A stretch of 64,000 nt of DNA from assembly GCF_009914755.1 (NCBI RefSeq), contig NC_060927.1. One strand, written 5' to 3'. Below the pieces are notes generated by a model. It saw only the letters and a program-made list of their open reading frames with translations, had not been told where the DNA came from and made no database searches. The DNA is from the human T2T-CHM13v2.0 reference genome, Homo sapiens. Below are positions 27,392-43,445 of the stretch, in pieces; positions within the stretch are counted from its first letter, which is position 1; each line of letters begins with the position of its first letter. The translations under genes were made by a program, and so were the position numbers.

Positions 27392-28006
27392 ACTGTAAGG
27401 CTTTTGATAAGCCCTGTTGCAATCTGTGCAGTTGAGAAGGCTCTCATTTAAAGAGGTTCTCTGGTGAGCTTCTTGGAATGCGAAGCATCTTTCTGTAACC
27501 TTTGTCGTGACTCTACAATTCCATCCAGTTGAGCAACTGTTCTCTTGGATGACCTTTGCCTAAAGTGAGATGCACATGTGCCTCCAGTTCAGTTGTAGGT
27601 AGTTCTCGGCAGTACTGCATGTGGCCTGTTTCCAGTTAGAAATGTCAACACTGTGAGCCCAGGTAGGTGCTGGGCACGAATTGCCTGATGGACTCTCTGA
27701 GAAGCTGTTAACTTCTCCACTGCTTTTGAAAGGATCTTCACCTTTATGCATTCTCTAGCCTATTTTGTTCCTCTGTTTTTTTCCCCCGTCTTCTCTACAT
27801 TAAAGGTGCATTAGTGTATTCTCAGTGCAACACTTTAGAGTTCTTGGAATGGGCAGAGAGCAGTTATGTCCCATAATGGCAGGATAATCAATGGAAAGAG
27901 ATAGATTGCCAGGTTGTAAATCATGTGAGAGAATTTGATGATATCAGCTTCGGGGGAATGGGATCCTATTACTCGTTCTGAATTCTCTGGTTCCTGGAAT
28001 TAATTT

Positions 28007-28034
28007 GTGTGTGTGTGTGTGTGTGTGTGTGCGC
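28007..28034. repeat. (TG)n microsatellite
   Basis: Direct reading. Confidence 0.95.
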
Positions 28035-28599
28035 ACTTGTAATCTTTTGGTAGAACAGCCTTTGTTGTGAACCAGAGGATGACAAAGGACAGGTCAGCTT
28101 GTCTCAATCTCTCCCTCCATTCCTTGCTGTCTGTGCTCACCTTCGACGAGAAATGCTTTCCATAAAGCCACCAATAGCGCAGCAGAGTGGCTTACGCTTA
28201 GACTGTCAGAGTCAAAAGAACATTTATTTCTCCATATTCAAGGGAAATCACACCCTTTAGACTAGGACACTCAAAAGCCTAGTAGAATCCTAGCAAATGC
28301 ATTTGCTGGCAATAGAAAGCAAAGGGCTTTTTCTATTTTTAAGAGGAATAAACTGTGCCTTTTACTTTCTGACTTAATGCAGAGAGATGAAAATATGCTA
28401 AAATCATGTTTTTTTTAAAGGCATAGACCAGAGACATTTTGGAAGCTTTTCATCTAGCAAAGCCAGCGTTCCTTTAAGCAAAGCATCAGGATTGCTTCAA
28501 TATTTAGGTATTAATATTCCCTTGTGGCTCAATCAGCTCTTTGAAGATGAATTTCTCAGCACTGCTGTCACAATTAAAGAAAGACATGCAGGGGTGAAA

Positions 28600-28715
28600 G
28601 GGAATTTGTGTGTTTCTTAGATTGGAAGGATGTGTTGAGTCAAATGAACATTCTCTCAAGGTTAAATTATCTATTTAAAACCCACCCAATTACAGTGCCA
28701 GGTACAATCTTTGAT
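28600..28715 (+). mobile_element. Highly diverged L1 ORF2 fragment
   Basis: Translation QMNILSRLNYLFKTHPITVP resembles L1 ORF2 KMSILPKLIYRFNAIPIKIP. Confidence 0.5.
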
Positions 28716-29059
28716 GAGATTCAGGGAAAACAAATTAATCTGTGTGGGAGAGATTCTCTTTGTATGAAGGCAAGCTATGAAATCAGAATGAACTGGGCAT
28801 TGTTTGTTAAGGGGGAAATGGTTATATAAATTGAAGATGGTGTAGTCTCAAAAACCATGATCCATTATTAGGTTACTGAAGACCTCCTAATAGAAGAGGG
28901 TAGAGGTGGTTTATTACAGTTGTGCTTTTGTATTTTGTTGAAAGAATTGTGAGGTGACCACAACACAAAACCATGAGCAATATACTGTGACCTCTGTGTG
29001 CGGAGACTAATCCAAGGAATTTAGAGTAATCTCAGGGCATGGCTTTCTAGAATGATCCT

Positions 29060-29330
29060 CACATCCTGTTGGTTTCACCTCCCAAATAAATCTTGAATCT
29101 CCCTGAGCAGTGCTCTCTAAATTTACTGCTATTGACTTGGTGAGCTACCATCCTCCCTGGGTTAAAATATGGTGGTAGCCCTCTAAGTGATCTTCCTCCT
29201 TTTAGAAACATCTTCCTAGTACAGATGAAAAAATCCAAACTCTCACCCATGGGCCTGCCTCCGCCTCTCACCTCTTCGCCTGTTGTTCCTCACTCACTCA
29301 CTCACTAGCTCCAGCCTTCATGGCTGGGAT
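29060..29330 (+). mobile_element. L2 fragment
   Basis: TCCTGTTGGTTTCACCTCCCAAATA...CTACCATC...AAAATCCAAACTC...CACTCACTAGCTCCAGCC. Confidence 0.6.
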
Positions 29331-29394
29331 GGTTCAGCAGGCCTGGCTCCATTGTGCCTCCCCATCCTTCTGTTAGTTGCTTGGGGTTGCCACA

Positions 29395-29970
<576 letters not shown>

Positions 29971-30149
29971 GTGGCACAGTTTTGTTATAAAATTAGCATC
30001 CTCATTATTATGTCTGCCCTTTGGATTTGTATGTGGCAGCTCCTTCTCTTGTACATCTCAGCTCTAGTGTCTTCTTTCAGAGTGACTTTCCCACCCAGCT
30101 TCTGAAAGAACCTACCGCTTCCAAACACACCATGCGCTCCACCCGTTAT

Positions 30150-31660
<1,511 letters not shown>

Positions 31661-32277
31661 TCCCACTGTGTGTTGGAATACTCTTCCGTGTAGACACTTC
31701 TCAACTCCCTCAAACACCAACCTCCACGCCAAGCCCTTCTCCCTGCCATATAGACACCCTCCTCGTCTCACTTGGTTACCCCTTCTGGACAGACGGTACT
31801 CTTCTGCAGAATAAGGCATGTCTTCCTCCTGGTGGAGGGCAGCCCCATGGCAAAGTACTTGGCTTGGCAAGCAGGGTGTGTTGGCTAGATTTCATTCTCT
31901 CAATTGACCGGACACCTTTGTGTTAATACGCAACTTTATGTGGCAACCCTGAGGACTCTGCCCCACCCCAGCTCTGCACCCATCTTGGGACTGAGGCACT
32001 GCTGCTGCAGGGGTGCTGCTCTGTTAAACCTAGGAACAGAAAGGGTGTTGTTGGTAGTTGACTTTCCACCATCGATGCCGGAAGATAACAGAAAACTCAG
32101 TAAGAGGGGCATAAAGTAGGTAGACAGAGAAGATAGCAAAAGAGGACTGCTGGAGTTTTGGTAAAAGGATTGTGTGCCTGATCCTGGTTTGTGTCCGAGG
32201 CTAGCTGCATCCCTGCCCTTGGTATTTGAGGGACAATGTTATAAAAGATTTCACTCTTGAAGTTAAGCTACCAACTG

Positions 32278-32400
32278 AAACAAGTCACATGGTCAAGCTC
32301 CAAGTCAAGGGACAGGAATTACACTGTGTGGGAGGAACTGCAAAGTTGCCTGTAGAAGGACCCGGATACAGACAGGGCCAATTACCCAGTCTACTATAGA
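32278..32400 (-). mobile_element. MLT1G/H-like LTR fragment
   Basis: CAAGTCACATGGTCAAGC...GGGAGGAACTGCAAAGT...GGATACAG. Confidence 0.6.
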
Positions 32401-33921
32401 GAGGTCAACTTGTTTGCCAAGGGCTAACTTGTTAATAAGTGGTAGAATCTAAATGAGGTCTGTCCAGCCAGGGTGTGTCGGTATTTAATGGCTCTTCTAC
32501 TGCTTCTGGATAAAATAGTCAGGGACTTGTTCGGCATGTGGGTTGCTCAGGGTGTACAGGCCATTTATAAGGGTGTTCCTTTCCTTTTGCTTTCTCTTGC
32601 CTCCTTGTATGTAGGAAGTATACTTTCAAGAAGATAGTGTTAATCAGATACAGAACTTCCAAGAACCAGATGGCCTTCATTTCTTTCTTCCTGATTAGCT
32701 ATATAGAACCAATTGTCCAACTGAGAAAGGCTTAATTTTACAGGCTTACCGGGGAGGCAAGCTTATTGTTTACAGCTTTCAACCTCCCTCTTGCCTTCCT
32801 TGCCAGAGGCTCGGCTCCAGCAAGGGAACCTGAATCTAACACTGAAGAATTTTGGAAGAAGTTGGATTTTTACAAGGAGTCCTCACACAGTGGATAGATA
32901 CGAAAACGGTCTCTTTACTTCTGTGAGTTAAAGGTGTGCCTGTGTTGTTCTTAGGGCCTGCCTTCTATATCTTCTTTGTTGTGTCATATTTTAAATGGCA
33001 AATGACATTGACTGACAGTAAGAGCTTGTATCGTATTTTTCAGATAGTATCTGCATTAATGTCCTGTAGGAAAACGTCTGATAGTGCTGCAGACCATTTT
33101 AAGGAATTGAAATCTAAAAATTTCACTGAATTATAAACGTGCAGGTACACTATATAACTAATTATTAAGCTTACAAAGCGGCCAGGTGGTACTTGGAGAA
33201 TCTTAGTATTTAGTGTGGTGGAAGAACTATTCTTGCATCAGTGGAAATATTACACTGAAGCCGTGTGCTTTTTTATGCAGAGTAAAGATAATAGTGGCTG
33301 GAATACAGGATCAGCCATGTGCTATGTGAAAGATGGCAGGCTTAAAAAAATCCATTTGTATTTCTGGCAAATTGTCTTAACATAATCCACATGCCTTTCT
33401 AATTTAAAATATAAAAAATTAAATAAAGTTTATACTGAAGTTATATCCATTAAGAAACTGGTAAATTAGTTAAGTCTCACAAGCTTAGACTCCAGCATGA
33501 GAGGGGGGTGTGTGTGCCTGTGTGTGTGTCCTGCTCACATTTGAATTGTGAATTCACATTGCATTCCCTTGCAAGGATGTGCCATTTTTAATTAAGACTA
33601 AAGCATGGTGGGGTATTCTAAATTGGGCCTGATTATAATTGCAGATGGCAATTGAGCTTTTGGAAGCTGGTTTCTTTAACTGTTAAATAAAAATTGTCTT
33701 TTTTAGTATTGGTTTGCAGAAGTTTAGCAGTGGATGTCGAGGGGAAAAAAACGGTAACCTCTTTCTTTCCTTGAAACTAAATGTCACAGCATATCCATCT
33801 TCTGTTAAAGGGGTTTAGCTCTGAAGAAATTTTTCTTAAGGCCTTTTTAAACAATTGATCAGATAAAAAATTTTGGCTCATAAAGCTGAACTTTCCAGAG
33901 ACTTTCTGTTGATGAGAGTCA

Positions 33922-34322
<401 letters not shown>

Positions 34323-34486
34323 GTACCTTAGCATACAGAGCCTTCTTCTGTTTGGTAGGCAAACATGGCTTTGTTCTGTGCTCCAAAAAGGATGGGCTTG
34401 ACAGTCTGGGCTTTTAATGAATTTCTGTATGGAGTTCTATATACATACAATTTCTGCCTATTGATGAGTATGTACACCCACGAGAC

Positions 34487-34715
34487 CAGTGGTTTGTAAC
34501 TGAGGGAGGGTTAATAGTTTTGTTCTCTTCCAAGGGGACATTTGGCAATGTCTGGAAGCATTTTCGACTGTCAGGACTGGGAGGATGGTGCTACTGGCAT
34601 TTGGTAGGTAGAGGCCAGGCATGCTGCTGGGCATCCAGTAGTGCACAGGACAGCCACCGCAGGAAAGAATTATCCAGTCCAAAATGTCAGCAATGCAGCC
34701 TTTGAGAAACCCAAC
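34487..34715 (+). mobile_element. MER20 hAT-Charlie relic
   Basis: CAAGGGGACATTTGGCAATGTCTGGA...GTGCTACTGGCAT...GTAGAGGCCAGG...AAAGAATTATCCAGTCCAAAATGTCA...TTGAGAAACCC. Confidence 0.92.
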
Positions 34716-35766
34716 ACTGAACAATGAGCCTCTAGTGCCTCTTTTTGTCTCACTGCAAAAATGGGCTTGGGTTCAACATGGGCTTCCTATATTTTATCTT
34801 CCCATTATAGTACTGGTGGGTGTATGAAACATGAATTAATAGAAAATGGTGTTTTCTGGAAGAAGTCAACAAGGAAGGTGAGCTATGAATTAGTGGCATA
34901 GCAGGTAACTGGTATTGTGGACAGAGCCAGAAGTTTACAACAGACCTGGTAGTGGATTTGTTTATGGGCTTTGGGGAAATGGACTGTTTTGAACCCTAGG
35001 AAGTCTAGCTTTTTTTGGGTAAACATCACCTCTTAAATGTTAACTCTTCTAAGTGATGGATTATTAAACAGGTGCTGATGAAAGCATCTTAATAAAACAC
35101 ATCACACAGTTGTGTTACTCCTTCACGCTGAGCTCTGCCTAATGAAGATTGGCTGTGTAGAGCCACTACTGCTTCATTTTGTTGCATTTTGTATACACAG
35201 TTCAGAAAATTAAGAGACAAGGGAACTAGTATTGAGTAGAATAATAAAAGGACTTTCTTGAATGATGGCACTTCTGATTTTTTTTTTCCCTGCCCTACGT
35301 GACTGGACGAATAAGGGAGGAAGATGTCATGGGGCCTCTAAACAGCTGATAACAACAGGGTTCATTTACATTTTGTAGCTTGTGTGTCCCCCCTACTTCA
35401 AGCACATGCGTAGGGAATTGAAATTGCAGTTTGCCTATTACGTGTTGGCAGTAATCTTTCAAAAAAAATTTTATGTTTCAAAATCAGGCAGCCAACAGCA
35501 GTAGCCAGTGATATATGGGGCTATTGATGCGGATTGAATTTGCAGAGGGAAAATGGGATTTGGTTGCCATATGAACTCATAATGAGGTGGCCTCACAGAT
35601 TTGTAATGGTCAACCATTATTTGCACCTGGAATCCGCCAGGAATCAAATACCTTTCAAGGAGAGACTGAAATGAAACTTGAGGGTTTTTTTTGTTCCTCG
35701 TCCGGTGAATGGAGCAGTTCCAAAGTAATGTCATTTGGTTTGTCAGTTGAAGATGCTTAAAGTTAA

Positions 35767-36288
<522 letters not shown>

Positions 36289-36829
36289 TAAAGCATGAGG
36301 TCAAAACTATTCTGGATATAGAAGGCTAAATATTGTTTCCCACATCCCCTTTGAATTGTCTTATGCACCCCTGGATACTCAGTGCTGGAAATGACCAGCA
36401 GGAATCCTGCCTTAGGTGACGAGGCTGGCACTGGAGAATGTTGGGCCGTCCTTCCTTCCATCCTGCAGGGATCTTGCTAAAATAAATGACTTAACCTTGA
36501 AACTTTACTGATTACGTGGTATGTGCTATAGATGGGATTGGATTAATACTAAACATTTCAGCAGCAGTTCTTCTCCCCAGGTGTGGGGTGTAGGCATGAA
36601 ATAGCTTAAGTCAACTAAAGCTCACCTCTTATGTTTTACCTGGATACTGTGCTTTAGAAGTTTACTTTCTGATTCATCTCAGCAATTTTGTTTTTTTCGC
36701 TTCCTCCCTCTTTCTCTCTCTGTCTTCCTTAACTCCTTCACTCTTTCTGTTCTTCCTTTATTCGTGCCAGGGGAGATTGGGACACAGTATTTTCCAAATA
36801 TTTTTATCCTCTCAGGTCAGTTGGAGTTT

Positions 36830-37105
36830 GTGGGCTAAGAGTATGAGATTTGAAGTTAGGATAATTATAGTATTTGGATGAGTGAATGAATGAATCAATA
36901 GATATGTCCCTTCATCCAAACTATGCTGGTTAGGTGATTGGTGGGCAAGCTGGTAAGTTCCTCTGATTCTCTGTTTTCTTATTTGTGAAGTGGAGATCGT
37001 TGCTAATGTATGTGGTTCTCTGTAGAATTAAGTAGAGAACACGGGAAATAGCCAGCACATGGTCTGGCATTGTGTACATGCCCATTTAATTTTGGGGTAA
37101 TTATT
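36830..37105 (+). mobile_element. MIR (degenerate)
   Basis: GCTAAGAGTATGAGATTTGAAGTTAG...TGGGCAAG...TCTGTTTTCTTATTTGTGAAGTGGAG. Confidence 0.55.
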
Positions 37106-39264
37106 ATCTCCACAGTCCCTGTCCTTCTTGGAAGTCCTGAAAGTATTTCTTGAAAGTCATCACTCAACTTCAGAGCATCTTAGATACCAAAATAACAGAT
37201 GGTACAGTATTTGCGGGGCATACATCTTTCACTTAGGTGTTCTTTTACTTTCCTTTTCCCGCCTAAGTTAACTTTCTAGAGGGAGGAAACCAAGTCTTCA
37301 CTTTATTTTGTGGTTGACTTTTCTTGCCTCCCTCTCCAACACCTCGCTCAACAGGTAATCAAATAACTAATTTTTAGTTGTCAGGTAAAAAGACATTTTT
37401 GTGTTTAAGTTCTTCAAACCTTAGCTTTTGGTTGCATCAGAAGACTTGCTTTGAAATTGCACAAGGTAAAGAAGGGGGAGCTGGAAGGATTTCAGGAAGG
37501 AGAGTTTGCTATTTGTAATTAGTGCCTAACAGAAGTTGGTACATTTCTGTAGTTTTCCGTTGTCAGTCACTTTGGATGATAATTTTTTTTTTTGCTATTA
37601 TTTTTAAGTGACAGATTGCAGTACGTATTTTAGGACCTGCCACCCATTTTGATTTGAAAGATTATGTTGTCGGAATTTCAGACACTGCAGGTAAAGATCT
37701 AATTTTACTAATTAACAAGGATTTACAAATCTTGTAAATTACTTTCCTCTTGCAATGGAAAGTGCTTTTCTCTGATTTATTATACAAATAATTGCAAATC
37801 CTTATAACTGAACAAGGTAAAACTTTTCGTGTCTTTTGGAATCTGTTTTCTGGTTTTGTGCCTTCAGTAATAGTCTTACCTTAGTAGACAAGATGTATAA
37901 ATTGTGTAAATTACTAAGCAAAGGTGAAGGGAAATATATTTTGGTTATTTCCAGTTAGTAACTGCCTCTTAATGAATCACATTAAGTGCCATAGTCACTT
38001 CTTTTTTTCCCAAATTGTCTTTAAGAAGGTACATTTGCACCCTAAGTACAAAAAAGGGACAGTATTATTTTTCTGCTTTTAATAAAAGTAATAATGTCAT
38101 ATTTTTCCTGTTCTAGAATTTCAGGCATCACCCCCTGGAGCTGATGGAGAGACTGGTATTCCACTGTGTATCTTAATATCAGGGAAATATCTCACAGGCA
38201 CATCAAGCTGATATCACAGGGTTTCCTTGATTGTAAACAATAGAATGGATTATGACTGACATGAGCCAACACTTGGATTTGGAAGGGTATGATAGATTTT
38301 TTTGCTCAGGGTCTAAGAATCGTAAGATACCAAACCTTGGAAGGGGCAGGAATCAGGACAGTGGGAGCTAATGGCAAGTTGGTGGTGGAATACATTGGCC
38401 CTACCATGTTTTGTTTTTAGACATGGCATTCCCAAGACTCAGATCCCTCCTTGGGCGAGGTTCTGATCTGCATGACTAGGGAGGACAGAACAACTGCATG
38501 GTTAAGGCAGAGGAAAGTTGGGGGACTAGAACACAGAGAAATCGGGGGGAAGGACCTTGAGGTTAATTACAACTAGGCCTTGCTTTCTTTAAGGTTATCC
38601 AGTGCAGGGCTTTGATCATAGAGTGGATTTTCAAACATTGGAGCAGGAAGAGGCTCCCGACTCTCACCAAAGCCCTGGGGAATGAATGACTTGTTCAGGA
38701 GGTAGGTATAGCTTGGGGTTACACCTGGTTTTCTTTAGCTTTGCAACAGACTAGAGAATTTGGTTCTTAAGTGATATTATCTAAAATTGGGAAAGAAAAT
38801 CTCTTTCAGTTAGCAGAGATAAAATATTGACAATGCTGTGGAGGGGATGTCTATAAATAGGCCTTCTATAATTGAAAAGGAGCAATTAAAGAAGACACAA
38901 AACCTTCAGTTGCTGTTTGTAGAAGTCACATACAGGGCTACCTGTGAAAGGCTTCACCTGTTTGAGGATTATAACTATCACTTGAAGAAACAAAACATCT
39001 GAGGAGACAGGAGCAGGCAGCATGAGTCTATTTCTAAATTTTACTGCCAAGCACCAAATACAGCCGCTGGTGTTTATTCGGAAATGCTGTTGTTTGAAGG
39101 CATATCCAAAGTTCTGTTAGCCTCACTGCCTCCTTGCATTCAGGTGCTCAGTTTACCTGAAACCCCTAAAGAGCAGCCACTGAACTCAGGAGCAGATCAA
39201 AACCCTCTCTAATTCCTTTACACTTGGGACCCACCCCTTGATAAAGGTTTTGGGTTTGCTGAGA

Positions 39265-39950
39265 GTGCAGTATGTCATGGTGGTCCCCTGTCCCAGTATG
39301 GGTTGGGGATTAAGATAATCCTGTGAATTTAAATCCCGACTCTACCACTTAATAGCTGCGAACCGGAGCAAGCTTTTAACTTCCCTGGGCCTCTCTAGAT
39401 ATGCTGAATGAAAATCTACCCCCTCCTCCTTCCTTCTGAGTCCTTGTATTATTAGGCATGGCAATGAACCCAACTAAAAAACTACATTTCCCAACTTCCC
39501 ATGCCAGTAGGGATGGTCAGTGAGTTCCAACTAGAAGTTGTTTTGGGCTTCCAGGAACACTGGAAGGTGAGAAGAAGTATGCTCTTTTTGATTTTTCACA
39601 TTTTGCATTTTAGATACGAAATGTAGATGTGGTGGTTTGAGCCACAGCATCCATTTTGGGACCATGAGGGAAAGCCCAAGGGCATCGCAAAGACATGGCT
39701 ATCTTTGGGGTGCTGAGTTCTATTAATACCTGCAGACTTCTTGTTATATGAAAGAAAATTAACCCTTATATGTTTAAGCCTCTGATAGCAGCAGCAGAAT
39801 GCAGTTCCTGATACTTAACCTCAGGTTCTGCATCTGCAAAATGAGCATAATAGTACTCACCTTCTAGGGTCATTCTAAGGATTCAGTGATAGTGCATACA
39901 CAGTACTTACCACTGTGACTGGCAGCTACTACTTTTCTTTTTAAATGACT
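39265..39950 (+). mobile_element. MIR split by an MLT1 LTR
   Basis: TTAAATCCCGACTCTACCACTTAATAGCTG...TTTAACTTCCCTGGGCCTC and resumed CCTCAGGTTCTGCATCTGCAAAATGAG. Confidence 0.75.
39400..39815 (+). mobile_element. MLT1I/J-like MaLR LTR
   Basis: ACTACATTTCCCA...CAGCATCCATTTTGGGACCATGAGGG...GACTTCTTGTTATATGAAAG...TGTTTAAGCC. Confidence 0.75.
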
Positions 39951-39975
39951 GTTACCATTATCAAATATAGGGATG

Positions 39976-40399
39976 TGTATTTATTTGCTAGGGTTGTCAT
40001 AACAAAGGACCACAAACTGGGAGGCTCAGATAACGGACATTTACTGTCTCACAGTTCTGGAGGCTGGAAGTCTGAGGTCAAGGTGTCAGCAGGGTTAATT
40101 CCTTCTGAAGCTGGAAGGGATGGATCTGTCCAACTTTCTTTTCTTTGGCTCGTGGATGGCTGTCTTCTGCCTGTGTCACTTTGTGTCATCTTCCCTTTAC
40201 GCATATCTCTGTGTTCATATTTTCTCTCTTTTCAAGGACATCAGCCATATTCGATTAGGGTCCAACCTAATACCTCATTTTAACTTGATTACCTCTGTAA
40301 GGACCCTATCTCTAAGTAAGGTCACATTCGGAGATACTAGATGGGGTTTAGGACTTCAACATACCTTTTTTAAGGGGGGATATGATTCGACCCATCACA
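39976..40399 (-). mobile_element. MLT1B-like MaLR solo LTR
   Basis: TTTGCTAGGGTTGTCATAACAAAG...CACAGTTCTGGAGGCTGGAAGTCTGAG...AGGACTTCAACATA...ATTCGACCCATCACA. Confidence 0.9.
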
Positions 40400-42049
40400 G
40401 TACATACGTAACATTATCAGTCAAACTTTAGTCTCTCACCCTTTTTCTGATTACAGAAACTCTTTATAAAAAAAATCAAATACTTCTTCATGAAAAATTG
40501 CTTCCCTTCCCACCAAAATTGTCCTGTTGTATAAATGACTTTTAACTTTCATCTCTTACATTTTAAACCCATCAACTAAACCCAGCTTCTGGAATCTAAG
40601 GGCTTGTAATGGGGCCATTTACATTTCCAGTTAGTTTTAGGGTGGTAATGATCGGCTCTTAGGACGCTCTTCGATTTGAGTATTCACTTGGGTGTGTTTC
40701 AAGCCCGTGACTTGGAAATACAAGGGTTTTCTGTTTATTATTCCATACTCTTTAGAGTAGTGTTGATGTGGTCATAGTCATACACGTCATGGGATGTTTG
40801 CTGCTCTCGATGAATTTACTGGCCATTGGTGCCCTGGAGTATCTACTACAGAGTGCCCAAGACAGGCTGCCTGGGGATATTTAATGTGTCTAAGAACACT
40901 CTTAAGCATTTCAGCCTCCAACATAAGCTCAGTAAGGTGGGACTTGCTTAAATCATATTCCGTGTATAAAAATTTAAAAATGTTGAAGATTTTACTGTTG
41001 CAGAACTTACTCCATTTAAACTTGAAACCCAGTGTTCCTACAGCTGCTTTCCTTTTCTATGCAAATATTTCAAGCATTGAGACCATTACCTCCTGAGCAA
41101 AGCAGAGTCATTTATGCATTAAATAAATAACTTTCCTGTCCCAACAGGGTTTGTTTGTTTTTTTTTTTTGGGGGGGCGGGAGAGATCACTTTTAGGCGAC
41201 ATTATGTGTTTGTAGGGGCTTGTCTTCAAATAAAAGGCATAATTGAAATACAGCTGAATAGGAATCAAGAGTGTGATTCAAGTGTAAGGTAAAATTGATG
41301 GCATCTCTTATTGCTTCGTAGATGAATTACTTTATGGCAGCTTTTTCCTGATAAAGCTTTTTTAAAAACTAAAAATGCATTATTCTAGTCTCTAATTGTC
41401 CATCCTGACAGCAGCAAAAAAGAAAGGCTGTGTTTTGCTTTTTGTTTCTTTTCCCTCCCTTAGCAGTGATAGTAGAAATTGCTTATTGCTGGAAAATCTG
41501 TATTTGCCTGCTGGTATGCCATTAAAAAAGGGATTTGGTAGCCTGAATTCCATTTTTTCTTTAACGCAAAACATAAGGGGTTGCATTTTCCATACTGGCA
41601 GAATGTGGAATGGGTAGGTGACTTGAATGTTGTCTTTTCCACTTAGTATTACCGTTCAAAACCCACGTACACCAAGGAATTGGAATATTCGAATGTGAGA
41701 CAGAAAGATGACATTGCGGTTAGCACTGTCTGTATCCACCAAATCGTGAACCTTCTCAGAGTCATAGTCCCAGCCAGGGAAGTAAGAGTGTCGCTCTTCA
41801 CTATTGCTGCACACATCCTGCTGCTGGGTGCCAAAGTGGGGCAGGTGCTCAACTTCCCAGCAGTGTTAGGAGTAAAGGCTGGTGGGGGAGAAGGCTGGTT
41901 GGCAGATTATTAAATGTATTTTACATTTGCCATCCAGTTTCATTTTCATGGCCCACATGGCCACCTAGGATATATTCTTAGAAAAAGGAATAGTAACTCA
42001 AATCAAGATCAAGCTTCTGATCAAATGCTGGGGATACAGCCTGATGTAA

Positions 42050-42573
42050 AATGGGACACCTGGATGCAATCAGCAAAACCCACAATGAGGGGAATTCTAC
42101 ACTACAAATGATCCTGTTATATCCAATTTATGTATGGAATGGCTTAAAGAGGCAGAGAAAAGCCTTTGGATTAAAAGAGACTTGAGAGACCTGTCACCCA
42201 AATGCAGTGTGTGGACTTTGAATTTGAACAAATCAATGTTAAAAGCAAATTTTTTTTTTTTGAAGTAGGGAAATTTGAGTACTGGATGTTACCTGATTTA
42301 TGGAATTATTGTCACTTTTAAGTACAGGCAAAATAGTAGTGTTGGAATTATACTTTTTAAAAGAGTCCGTATCTTTTAGTGACAGATGCTGCATTAGTTA
42401 TAGGGAAATTATGATGTCTGGAACTTGCTTTAGGATAATTCGGTTGGAGTAAGGTGTGATTTGGGGTAAAAAAACATAAAATTTGCCTGATACGATAATT
42501 GTTGAGGGTAAGGGAATGGTTATGTGGGGACTCTTCTATCTCTGAATGTTGGAAATACAATAGAAAGTTAAAA
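42050..42573 (+). mobile_element. L1ME-type 3' UTR
   Basis: GGATGCAATCAGCAAAACCCA...TTAAAAGAGACTTGAGAGAC...AAATGCAGTGTGTGGACTTTG...ATGATGTCTGG. Confidence 0.75.
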
Positions 42574-43445
42574 CATAATGACTTACCTGTGTTCTATTCT
42601 TTATGATGGCTGCTGGCTTTATCAGGCCTACTTCTTTTTTAAGTATTTGTGGGGTAATGAATATTTAAATATGTAACCTTTTTACCTCAAAGTAATCTAA
42701 GTATAAATATGGTCACTAACTGCACAACCAGGTCTCACAGAACTGACAGGTTTTATTTAATGACCCATTTTCCTTTATTTGAACTCAGCCCCATGGAATA
42801 AAGGGAATGTTTTATTCATCAGACTGTTCACTTTTTTAAATTTTAGAATGCTTTTGTAGGAATTAGCAGGTGTTTAATTATCAATGGGAGGATTCTTTAT
42901 TTGCTGAATGCAGTAGAAGGTCATTAAAATAAGTTTAAAATATGAAAGAATCAAGTAGTGAGAGAACTTGGGGGGAAATGAATAAATCTATTCTCTTGTG
43001 TCCTAGGTTTGTTAAGGTCAAATGAGGTGTGGTTTAATGTTTTGCAGCTTCATTGTAAACCAAGCCAAAGGAAAATCTTTCTGCCCTTTGGTCAAACATT
43101 CCTGAGTGAAGAGAGCACTGGCTGACATGGAGGAGTGCCAACATTTTTGGGTCATACTTTAGAACTTAAGTTTAGATAACTGAGATAAGCCAGGATTTAT
43201 GGACAGACAGATATATCCCTAGTCTCAACATTAAGCCATTATTTCCATATTGCATCGTCTTTCATGCTCTAAGTATATGTTGGAGTGCCGACTGTGGATT
43301 TAGCTGTGTGCTAGGCACTGGGGAATAAGACAAATAAGAATTAGATATATGTGGCTCTTTTGTTTAACTTGAACATAAATGTTTTCCCTCTTTCCCTTTG
43401 CTTGTAATTTTTCTCTTTTCTAGCAACATTGCCCTGTCAACTTCT

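Noticed and set aside
31880-32275. Possible LTR16-like fragment
   Set aside because: Only one short motif (AGCTGCATCCCTGCCCTT) is recognisable; too weak to call
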